64,000 bases of DNA. Origin: a virus. The stretch lies in IMG/VR virus record IMGVR_UViG_3300031787_000044, positions 25,573 to 89,572 of that record. The stretch is one strand, 5' to 3'. How positions within the stretch are numbered: the stretch's first letter is position 1; every line of letters starts with the position of its first letter. The position numbers and the translations under genes are program-made. Below the pieces are notes generated by a model that was not told where the DNA came from, searched no databases, and was given only the letters and a program-made list of their open reading frames with translations. Positions 57,201 to 64,000 of the stretch are shown in pieces.

Positions 57201-59816
57201 CTGGCGTCCCTGAACGCCCTGAATACCTTGGCGGCCTTGGGTTCCTTGCGTTCCTTGAATACCCTGAGTACCAAAGCCTCCCTGAACACCTTGCACACCT
57301 TGGCCTGGACCCCTTAGGCCTTGAATACCTTGTATGCCTTGATCTCCAATAGTTCCTTGCGATCCGGTATTTCCAGTACCTTGAATACCTTGAGGACCGA
57401 CGCGACCCTGAACACCCTGAACACCCTGCTCGCCTTGAATACCTTGTCGGCCTTGTGTTCCCTGCGTTCCTTGCACGCCTTGGATACCTTGCGGCCCAAC
57501 AACATTTCCTACATTTATCCACTCTCCGCCAGCATCAGGCGTGAACACCCACAAATCGAGCGTAGCTTCATCGATAACCGCTTCACCAGGAGTCGCACCA
57601 GGAAACGCAGATTCTAATATGATTTGCGGATCAAATGTTGGCGCTTGATTTACATCTTGAATAGAACCGAGTATTCTAAATGGACTTCCAACTGTACCTT
57701 GGATACCCTGAATACCCTGCTCGCCTTGAATACCCTGAACGCCTTGGATAGAAGTTCCTTGAATACCTTGGCGGCCTTGATTGCCTTGAATACCCATGTT
57801 TCCAATAATGCCTTGGAAACCCTGAGGTCCTTGCATACCTTGGTTACCCTGAATACCCTGTTCACCTTGAATACCCTGAATACCCTGTTCACCTTGAATA
57901 CCTTGGATACCCTGAATACCTTGGCGTCCTTGGATACCTTGGATACCTTGAGGACCTACTATGTCACCAGTGTTAATCCATTCCGTACCATTCCATAACC
58001 ATAACTCATTTAGCATTTCGTCAATAACGCCGTCCGACAAGTCCGGGCTGGCTATGGCAGGTCTTTGAGTTGGCGGTTGCCCATCGAGCGTCGGACCAAA
58101 CGCTTCTCTTATTATTTCTTCTGGAGTTCTAGCAGGAAAATTAACATTTACGTCTTCGATAGATCCTATTATCCTAAACGGATCGCCAACCTTCCCTTGG
58201 ATACCTTGGATACCCTGTAAACCTTGACTACCCTGGATGCCTTGACCACCTTCACCACCTTGGATACCCTGAACACCCTGTTCGCCCTGAATACCTTGAA
58301 GACCTTGATGTCCGCCTCCACCCTGGATACCTTGAACGCCCTGATCCCCTTGAACACCTTGGTTGCCCTGAACGCCCTGAATACCTTGGAAACCTTGAAT
58401 ACCCTGTACACCTATATTACCAGCAACGCCTTGGTTACCTTGAATACCTTGAGTACCTTGGATACCCTGCAGTCCTTGTAGACCTTGAACTCCTTGAGTA
58501 CCTTGGCTACCTTGAGTACCTAAGTTCCCTTGTACACCTTGAACCCCTTGAAAGCCCTGAATGCCTTGAAATCCACGGATACCTTGAATACCCTGCATAC
58601 CTTGGAAACCTCGTGGACCTTGGATAGGCCCAACATTTATCCAAACTCCGCCACCGGTATATGCCCAAAGCTCAACCTCGCGTGGTGGGACTGCCAGTTC
58701 TGCGCTATCTATTACGGTATCTCCAATTACCGCAGAAGGAAATTCAGAATTTAATAAACCGTTGGGATCTCCAGTGGCATATACATCGTCTACGGAGCCA
58801 ATGATTTTGAGAGCTGGACCAAAATTTCCTTGAATGCCTTGGAAACCTTGGAAACCTTGATTGCCAGTAATTCCTTGAACTCCTTGAGTACCTTGGAAAC
58901 CTTGCGATCCTTGAGTACCTTGGAAACCTTGAACGCCCTGCTGGCCGGTGATACCTTGGACACCTTGATTTGCAGTACCTTGGATACCTTGTATACCCTG
59001 TTCGCCTTGAATACCTTGGAAACCTTGGAATCCTTGAGTACCCTGCTCACCTTGAATACCCTGGATACCCTGAATACCTTGCTCACCTTGGATACCCTGC
59101 TCGCCTTGTACACCCTGGATACCTTGACCACCAACAAACCCTGCAGTACCCTGTGTACCTTGCTCGCCCGTGTTACCTTGAAGACCCTGAACACCTAAAC
59201 CGCCGGTGCCTTGAATACCTTGGAAACCTTGCAGTCCTTGAAATCCCTGAAAACCCTGGATACCTTGCATACCCTGGACGCCTTGATCACCCTGAAGACC
59301 CTGAACGCCTTGAACACCCTGAACACCCTGCTCACCTTGGATACCCTGCATTCCTTGGAAGCCTTGAATACCTTGGAAACCACGGATACCTTGGATACCT
59401 TGATCTCCAGTACCCTGAACGCCCTGTTCACCAGTAACACCCTGAACGCCCTGTTCACCTTGGATACCCTGAACACCTTGCTCTCCAGTAGTACCCTGAA
59501 CACCCTGTTCACCCATTATACCTTGTAAACCCTGAAAGCCAACTTCTCCGCGGCCGTCAATTCCTTGGATACCTTGCTCACCTTGGACACCTTGGATACC
59601 TTGGATACCCTGAATACCTTGGATACCCTGAATACCTTGAGTTCCTTGTATACCTTGAACGCCTTGAACACCCTGATAGCCCTGAATACCCTGGGTGCCT
59701 TGCCCATTCGTTCCAGGATTAAGTCTTAGCCAGATATTGGTCCCAGCGTTGTAAATAAACGTGGACCCGCCGATAACGTGAGTATCTCCATCAGATGGTG
59801 ATGCAGGAAATGACAT
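54234..59816 (-). CDS. Giant collagen-like fibre (1860 aa) with three knuckle inserts and distal globular domains
   Basis: G-X-Q repeats over most of the first ~1100 aa; three (F/L)xIxGS...VID...LW...WINxG inserts; a distal domain with DNDTIGVV. Confidence 0.85.
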   Translation of the reverse strand: MSFPASPSDGDTHVIGGSTFIYNAGTNIWLRLNPGTNGQGTQGIQGYQGVQGVQGIQGTQGIQGIQGIQGIQGIQGVQGEQGIQGIDGRGEVGFQGLQGIMGEQGVQGTTGEQGVQGIQGEQGVQGVTGEQGVQGTGDQGIQGIRGFQGIQGFQGMQGIQGEQGVQGVQGVQGLQGDQGVQGMQGIQGFQGFQGLQGFQGIQGTGGLGVQGLQGNTGEQGTQGTAGFVGGQGIQGVQGEQGIQGEQGIQGIQGIQGEQGTQGFQGFQGIQGEQGIQGIQGTANQGVQGITGQQGVQGFQGTQGSQGFQGTQGVQGITGNQGFQGFQGIQGNFGPALKIIGSVDDVYATGDPNGLLNSEFPSAVIGDTVIDSAELAVPPREVELWAYTGGGVWINVGPIQGPRGFQGMQGIQGIRGFQGIQGFQGVQGVQGNLGTQGSQGTQGVQGLQGLQGIQGTQGIQGNQGVAGNIGVQGIQGFQGIQGVQGNQGVQGDQGVQGIQGGGGHQGLQGIQGEQGVQGIQGGEGGQGIQGSQGLQGIQGIQGKVGDPFRIIGSIEDVNVNFPARTPEEIIREAFGPTLDGQPPTQRPAIASPDLSDGVIDEMLNELWLWNGTEWINTGDIVGPQGIQGIQGRQGIQGIQGIQGEQGIQGIQGEQGIQGNQGMQGPQGFQGIIGNMGIQGNQGRQGIQGTSIQGVQGIQGEQGIQGIQGTVGSPFRILGSIQDVNQAPTFDPQIILESAFPGATPGEAVIDEATLDLWVFTPDAGGEWINVGNVVGPQGIQGVQGTQGTQGRQGIQGEQGVQGVQGRVGPQGIQGTGNTGSQGTIGDQGIQGIQGLRGPGQGVQGVQGGFGTQGIQGTQGTQGRQGIQGVQGRQGIQGRQGVQGIQGSQGRQGIQGMQGTQGRQGIQGIQGIQGVQGIQGIQGIQGIQGIQGIQGRQGIQGIQGIQGRQGIQGIQGNQGVQGIQGTQGTQGTQGSQGVQGRQGTQGTTGRQGVQGSVGFQGRQGTTGAQGVQGRQGFQGIRGEQGTQGILGIQGIQGRQGIQGIQGRQGIQGIQGTGDQGVQGIQGIQGSVGIQGITGAGEQGLQGQAGTSQGIQGVQGNAGAGGGSTLPIGQEGEVLYNSQSGTNNAEFDDLLNIEPTIITNVSELPTYFTGPPPVVSQQEIFNTWYRFSHNSSLVYPASAADVGPSQWSYDAGNQRILGSLNTGTAAGFVSEKRYLTYTHTVDLSSSAGDNDTIGVVIAFATEGTFGQAGYREHTLSAIRTGGGSGAAVGTWSLVYNLLQSDQVVISNGSSSVPATGGWAALGSTRVEIVRSGNSITAKTSAFGSTTLLSASALTVNLTSAAYLAKFQGSKQYGYLVHSQASSFFTNATFGGVSDDDGLVYDVETGRVYGPSSTAPYYQDVTDVVSPFSEISEPGRFYHNPDSGTTVWRSSFDSETYVIGGGGSGSQGIQGIQGRQGIQGIQGIQGTSGAAASEASLRIDPDYDEPTDRENAWAAYSRQSMHFFIDDNNTEASNYFGFYNNTRPYIDTVNSTNTIFRINEDGTVHTTNTIHASASGIRFPNDAFGGGGDTASMYLTASSGEATQLTLQMTNDADDEIHFRVPSINGVKINDYTVYHTGNLQGVQGIASQGIQGIQGITGQQGITGEQGIQGISGNQGVQGIQGITGQQGITGEQGIQGISGNQGVQGIQGTGGAGSQGVQGIQGTGGAGSQGVQGITGPQGIQGTSGGEGGSGMAARTTVAGTTSSLASFSTADLNITGFKGYSLMAITTSAAAWVRLYVNGASRTADASRNQYTDPDPDAGVIVEVVTGGSETVLISPAVFGYNYETTPTTNIPCKVTYQGEGTSTVTVTLSLVQIEAS
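54748..54924. repeat. 81-bp tandem duplication in the fibre gene
   Basis: Unit encoding [27 protein letters not shown], starting at 54748 and 54829. Confidence 0.75.
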
Positions 59817-59899
59817 TATGATGTTCCTTCTGGGTCGTGTATGAAGACTTCAACAATTTGGCTGTCTTCTTCACGTGTTATAAAATATACATACATCAT
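59816..59899 (-). CDS. 27-aa ORF coupled to the fibre gene
   Basis: [27 protein letters not shown]; TAATG overlap with the 1860-aa gene. Confidence 0.4.
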   Translation of the reverse strand: MMYVYFITREEDSQIVEVFIHDPEGTS

Positions 59900-59902
59900 A
59901 TA

Positions 59903-60136
59903 TCAACCAATCACTTGGATCCATGCGGTGCCGACCCAAAGTAATAGCGTTCCTGTGCCAAAAACTGGTGAAGTATTAAACCACATATCACCAGTCTGTG
60001 GATCAACAGGTTCAACGTCAGAAACTGTAGTTCCAGCAGCATCTTCTATCTGACCTGACAGCAGAGCAAAGTTGTCGTCCATCTCGTCAAACGTAAGAGC
60101 AAATCCTTTATCGCGGCGTAAAGTTAAAACTGTCAT
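59903..60136 (-). CDS. Small fibre/baseplate-associated protein
   Basis: TLRRDKG.ALT..EMDDNF N-terminal motif and P.DP..GDMWF motif. Confidence 0.6.
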   Translation of the reverse strand: MTVLTLRRDKGFALTFDEMDDNFALLSGQIEDAAGTTVSDVEPVDPQTGDMWFNTSPVFGTGTLLLWVGTAWIQVIG

Positions 60137-60378
60137 GTAGTTTCACCATCGTCGCTGTAGTACAACCCAACATAGGCAACAAACTCGCCATTCGCAGAAT
60201 CTCCTGGGTTTGGCACTACGTAATTGTCTTTCGTATACGCAAAGAGTTCATTTTCCTCTTCAGTAATATCATCGAAAACAAACTGATAACAAAGATTAAT
60301 AAGACGCTGCTTTTCAACAGGATCTGTTTCCGCTGCTATCTGAGCTAGTAGCTGTCTATAATTTGGTTTAGTGCTCAA
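60133..60378 (-). CDS. Hypothetical late protein
   Basis: Lies between the PAAR gene and the fibre genes. Confidence 0.5.
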   Translation of the reverse strand: MSTKPNYRQLLAQIAAETDPVEKQRLINLCYQFVFDDITEEENELFAYTKDNYVVPNPGDSANGEFVAYVGLYYSDDGETT

Positions 60379-60384
60379 TGTTTA

Positions 60385-60690
60385 TCACCCAGCTAAAACT
60401 TTAGAAGATCCGGTTTGAGCTGCGTTTGGCACCCAGCTTCCATGGCCGCCGGTGCTATCTAATCTTCTGTGGACGCCTATTCCTTTTATGAAAACTTTGG
60501 AAGAACAACCAACGGCCGGATCTCCACAGGCAGTCTCATCACCTTGCACAATAGCCTTTCTTCCTTCAACAAATACTTTGTCTTGAAGGCTAGATACGTA
60601 TGGAGTTTTGTGCTTTGGGTTAGGAGTAGGAGACGCATGACCGTAGTGTCGGTCTGTCCTATCTCTTACTATTCCTTTTCCTGCGCTCAT
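60385..60690 (-). CDS. gp5.4: PAAR-like spike tip protein (gp5.4)
   Basis: D...GH; KVFVEGR...GDETACGD; SSKVFIKG..VHR..D...H; GSSKV. Confidence 0.8.
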   Translation of the reverse strand: MSAGKGIVRDRTDRHYGHASPTPNPKHKTPYVSSLQDKVFVEGRKAIVQGDETACGDPAVGCSSKVFIKGIGVHRRLDSTGGHGSWVPNAAQTGSSKVLAG

Positions 60691-60694
60691 AACA

Positions 60695-60776
60695 CGAGTA
60701 CCCCTTTTAGATATATTTATAAAGAAAAGGTATGCATCTTTCTTTTAATTATATTTATAAAGAAAAGAGGTACTCG
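60695..60776 (-). promoter_or_regulatory. Two late promoters enclosed by a 14-bp RBS-sequestering inverted repeat
   Basis: TATAAATA at 60752-60759 and 60714-60721 (minus strand); arms CGAGTACCTCTTTT / AAAAGGGGTACTCG. Confidence 0.7.
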
Positions 60777-60784
60777 CTTATAAG

Positions 60785-61537
60785 TTAGGCTGCTTCTAAA
60801 AATCGCTCTTTTGCGATTATGTATTCTTTTACAAGTCCTGAGCGAACTATGTCTTCGATTCCAAATCTAACTGTGTTAAAGGACTCTATGCTGTCTAGCA
60901 CTTTTAGAAACGTTGAAAGACCGGATATATCAGCCCTGTTCTTAGACTGCTTTAGATCGTCTTGAGCTGTGTCTCCGCAGAATATAATCTTTGAAGATTC
61001 TCCCACGCGTGTAATGATAGTATCGAGCTCGTGATACGTCATAGACTGACATTCGTCAACGATGATGACAGAATTATCAAATGTAAGACCTCTTATATTC
61101 GAAGAAGTTGTAAACCTAATCATACTCTTTGTCTTAAGTATTTGATAAGCATCTCCTCTTTCGAATAGATCGTTTACTATGTCAACATATGGTGCTTCGA
61201 ATATGGCCTCTTTCTGTTGTAGAGTGCCTGGAACAAATCCCTGTTCGCGCGTCTGAACTGCAGATCTTATAATGACGATTCTCTCGTACTCTCCTTTCTC
61301 TAACACGTCTTGTAGAGCAAGATATGTTGCGCACATAGTCTTACCTGTACCTGCTGTTCCGATGGCCGCGAGATTATACCCTTCTTTATAAGATTGAAAT
61401 AGGTCAGATTGAGCTGGTGTTAGTGGTTTGATCTGACGCATTGAGAACTTTTGGTTCAGTATGCCGACCATATGGTCCACTTCTCTCTCTTGTCTAAGCT
61501 TCTCTCTTCTGGATAGTCTACGCTGTTTTATCGCCAT
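60785..61537 (-). CDS. phoH: PhoH-like ATPase
   Basis: GTAGTGKT; IRGLTFDN..IIVDECQ; TRVGE.SKIIFCGD..Q; DIVRSGLVK. Confidence 0.92.
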   Translation of the reverse strand: MAIKQRRLSRREKLRQEREVDHMVGILNQKFSMRQIKPLTPAQSDLFQSYKEGYNLAAIGTAGTGKTMCATYLALQDVLEKGEYERIVIIRSAVQTREQGFVPGTLQQKEAIFEAPYVDIVNDLFERGDAYQILKTKSMIRFTTSSNIRGLTFDNSVIIVDECQSMTYHELDTIITRVGESSKIIFCGDTAQDDLKQSKNRADISGLSTFLKVLDSIESFNTVRFGIEDIVRSGLVKEYIIAKERFLEAA

Positions 61538-61575
61538 GAAACCTCCTTATGACTTCTTAGGAGAATAGCATACTC

Positions 61576-61809
61576 CTAAAAATCATTAATTGTGTTATGT
61601 TTATGAATTTTTGCTTTTTTTAACACATCACGAAAATTATCATCTGGCCTGCGAATGCCGATGCGCACCGAGTCAACCGTTCCCGGAAATCTTGTAAATA
61701 TTTGTTTGATATGAGAGTTAGCTTTTAGATACTCTTCAAGCTCAGAGTATCGCATTGTAGCTTCAAATTCTTCGTGCGTATCAGTGTCTCTAAAACTGTA
61801 TACCGGCAT
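61576..61809 (-). CDS. FmdB-like small protein lacking the zinc cysteines
   Basis: MP.Y.F.D..T.E.FE...; PDDNFRDVL; position directly upstream of phoH. Confidence 0.6.
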   Translation of the reverse strand: MPVYSFRDTDTHEEFEATMRYSELEEYLKANSHIKQIFTRFPGTVDSVRIGIRRPDDNFRDVLKKAKIHKHNTINDF

Positions 61810-61827
61810 CTATGCTCCTGTTAATAA

Positions 61828-61860
61828 CAAAAAATGGCGGTCTTGCTAAGCAGACCGCCA
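61828..61860 (-). terminator. Rho-independent terminator
   Basis: TGGCGGTCT-gcttagca-AGACCGCCA followed by a T tract on the minus strand. Confidence 0.75.
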
Positions 61861-61896
61861 AGTCATAATATGATCTGCTTACTGTTATTTATTACA

Positions 61897-62487
61897 TCAC
61901 AGGGCTTGATCTACAACGATTTCATATATTTCTTTCCACTTATTTACTCGAATAAAGTCGCCTTCATATTTAAGGTTATAGTCGTGGTTAATCACTATCG
62001 GCTTAAGACCAAGATCAGCTCCCATGATCGCATTCGAGACCTTGTCCTCGACCCAAAAAAGACCGGAGTCTTTGTATTCACGAAGGATCGGTTCTTTATC
62101 CTTGCTGGATGCCGTGCATACCAAGCGCTCCACTACACTATCACCAAAGACTCTGTTTAGGTTCTCTTGGCGAAGTTTATGAACGAGCGGATGAGTGCCA
62201 ACTGCGGTGATGCAGTGGAATACAAAGCCATGTTCTTCGTGGAGTTTGCGAATGTACTTAATGGCATCTCGCAGAGGCGGGAGCTGACCCATATGAATAC
62301 TCTCGTTAAAGAAGTTTACCATCTCGTCGGATCTTTCTTTGGAGATGCCGTATAGATCTTCTATCTCGTAGATGTCTGAGTCTTCCTCATTCTTTCGTTC
62401 ATATCCGTGGCGCGACATCCAATTCATAAACGCACTCTTCCACAAAAGCATGCAGCCGTCAACGTCTGCGAGGATCACTTTTTCCAT
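61897..62487 (-). CDS. HAD-family 5'-nucleotidase-like protein (gp30.2-like)
   Basis: ILADVDG (DxD); start reassigned to MEKVIL; WVEDK..NA. Confidence 0.75.
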   Translation of the reverse strand: MEKVILADVDGCMLLWKSAFMNWMSRHGYERKNEEDSDIYEIEDLYGISKERSDEMVNFFNESIHMGQLPPLRDAIKYIRKLHEEHGFVFHCITAVGTHPLVHKLRQENLNRVFGDSVVERLVCTASSKDKEPILREYKDSGLFWVEDKVSNAIMGADLGLKPIVINHDYNLKYEGDFIRVNKWKEIYEIVVDQAL

Positions 62488-62491
62488 ATTA

Positions 62492-62647
62492 TTAATCGTC
62501 AACCTTTTCGTTAAATCTAGATAATTTTTCAGCGGACTTCTTGCGACGCTGGTCACGTCTACTCTGAAGTTTTCGATCCTTGTCACTAACGTCATCTTCC
62601 CACTCATCATCCCATTCTTCACGAAATTTCTTAAACGACTTAGCCAT
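62492..62647 (-). CDS. Small charged protein (51 aa, not in the ORF track)
   Basis: MAKSFKKFREEWDDEWEDD...KVDD*; GAGGA RBS; fills the gap. Confidence 0.55.
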   Translation of the reverse strand: MAKSFKKFREEWDDEWEDDVSDKDRKLQSRRDQRRKKSAEKLSRFNEKVDD

Positions 62648-63077
62648 TTTGTTCCTCTTTTACTCCTTCGATAAGACCTGGGAACGCTTGTACGATAACA
62701 TCGCGAGCAAGACCCGCGAGTGGTTTCTGAGCAATCATCTTGCAGAGTAGCTCAGCATCATTATTGTCGATATCCTCAAGTAGACTAATAAAGAGGTTCT
62801 CTCTCTTTACTTGATTAAGGTTATCATAACCGCCCCCTTCTACAAAGATACGAAGACGACGAGCTTCTTTTAGCAGCATACCCTCTACACCAATGTAGCT
62901 ATTCTTTTTCCACGGCGGCGGAGTATTTGGAATAAGAAACTTTACGCTCTTATCGTAAGTAAACTTAAGAACTGTTCTGAGCGGCTGAGAGTCATTCTTT
63001 CGCAGCCAGTCAATCTTTTCTTGAACCGTTTTAAGCTCGGCTGCTTTGTTTACGATTTCGGATAGTGAGAGTATCAT
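62640..63077 (-). CDS. Conserved T4-like hypothetical protein downstream of rnh
   Basis: EI...KIDWLR; P...PP; KRE.LFI.LLE...AELL. Confidence 0.65.
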   Translation of the reverse strand: MILSLSEIVNKAAELKTVQEKIDWLRKNDSQPLRTVLKFTYDKSVKFLIPNTPPPWKKNSYIGVEGMLLKEARRLRIFVEGGGYDNLNQVKRENLFISLLEDIDNNDAELLCKMIAQKPLAGLARDVIVQAFPGLIEGVKEEQNG

Positions 63078-63937
63078 TAAAAATCCTGTAGGTCAGTGAT
63101 GAGGTTTTTGAGTTTCTTTTCAACAAAATAGTTAAACAGTTGCGATCTTCCAACGTCTTTTTCTTTGCTGTATTCTTCTAGTATCTTAGTCTTATAGTTC
63201 TCAGGGATTTCTCCTAGATCAATCATCATCTTATTGCGATGGTAGTTTCTAAGAGTCGCTTCATCCATACTCTGCGGACCCTTTAAAAGGTCAGCAAGGC
63301 GCTTTGCAGTCATCATCTTTTGACGTTCGCCAATAGCAAGACAGTTATCAGCAGAGAGAATGTTTGGCACACCATCTCCCCCGTCACCTTTTAGAATATG
63401 TTCCATGAGGTATTTATCAGGATCCGAGTTTTGAACCCACTTCTTACGAACAGGATCGTACTGCTTTACGTTTGCATACTTGTGAAGTTGGATATAGTCC
63501 TTATCACCAGAAAGAATAAGGAATTGATCGTTACCGATATTTAGTTCTGTCCCAAACTCATGTACGACAGCTCCGATGATATCATCGGCTTCACAATGGT
63601 CGATATGAATTACTTTGTAGGGAAAGTGATCTTTGATCTCTGCACGGATCGTATTGATGATACGAAACAGCTCGTTCCAATCGAGTTCAGACTCTTCACG
63701 AGACTTGCGACGCGCAGCTTTGTAGTAAGGAAAGATTTCTCGACGCCATGAATTCTTGCCGTCGGCGCAGATTACGATTTCACCAAACTCTTGGTGAAAC
63801 TTTTTTCGATTATAGCGCAGTGAGTTTAGGAACATGTGACGAAGCAGATTCTCGTCTACGTCAATGTTATGGTGGTTGCCGATGCCAGCAAATAGAGACG
63901 CTAGCATCACTTGGTTAAAGTCAATCAAAATTGGCAT
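63077..63937 (-). CDS. rnh: RNase H / 5'-3' exonuclease
   Basis: LRHM.LNS; WRR.IFPYYKA.R; EADDIIG; ILSGDKD; GD.GDGVPN. Confidence 0.92.
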   Translation of the reverse strand: MPILIDFNQVMLASLFAGIGNHHNIDVDENLLRHMFLNSLRYNRKKFHQEFGEIVICADGKNSWRREIFPYYKAARRKSREESELDWNELFRIINTIRAEIKDHFPYKVIHIDHCEADDIIGAVVHEFGTELNIGNDQFLILSGDKDYIQLHKYANVKQYDPVRKKWVQNSDPDKYLMEHILKGDGGDGVPNILSADNCLAIGERQKMMTAKRLADLLKGPQSMDEATLRNYHRNKMMIDLGEIPENYKTKILEEYSKEKDVGRSQLFNYFVEKKLKNLITDLQDF

Positions 63938-64000
63938 GTTATATGTTTCTCTTATATTTGGATCTTACAGATTAGATATTACTCTAGTAATTCACCAATG

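Noticed and set aside
63966-64000. Probable sigma70 promoter for rnh (TAATAT with a 17-bp spacer running to the window edge)
   Set aside because: The -35 box would lie mostly outside the window and cannot be confirmed.
1-64000. tRNA/rRNA genes and alternative genetic code
   Set aside because: No cloverleaf or rRNA-like sequence was seen in the short intergenic regions, and core genes translate full length with the standard code.

Overview
This is a 64-kb segment of a large T4-like myovirus genome. The host is probably an alphaproteobacterium of the Rhodobacterales type, inferred from a GapR/DUF2312 gene and GANTC-containing early promoters. From 1 to 31.4 kb (+ strand, many TATAAATA late promoters) lies an accessory virion island. 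It holds two paralogous fibre modules with proline-poor Gly-X-Gln collagen-like proteins and S74 chaperones, and six paralogous six-repeat kelch-like proteins wrapped around a sulfotransferase / 2OG-Fe(II) oxygenase / methyltransferase block. A sugar-modification block follows (RmlB-like, GH130-like, GT25-GT2, methyltransferases, cytidylyltransferase-cupin). From 31.5 to 46.2 kb is the core neck-tail-head block (gp13-gp23), with an HNH gene between gp13 and gp14 and a 771-aa modular protein between gp20 and gp21. From 46.3 to 64 kb (- strand) are early genes behind repeated sigma70-type promoters, a late unit (PAAR, 1860-aa collagen-like fibre, subtilisin), and phoH, a HAD phosphatase and rnh. 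The strongest candidate novel systems are: (1) a recombining repertoire of six-bladed propellers with hypervariable Pro-rich loops and embedded modifying enzymes; (2) a CTS-led internal-head polyprotein with repeated gp21-type cleavage sites; (3) early promoters with an invariant CcrM/GcrA-type TGATTC in the spacer. All protein calls come from motif recognition by eye; no database searches were run.
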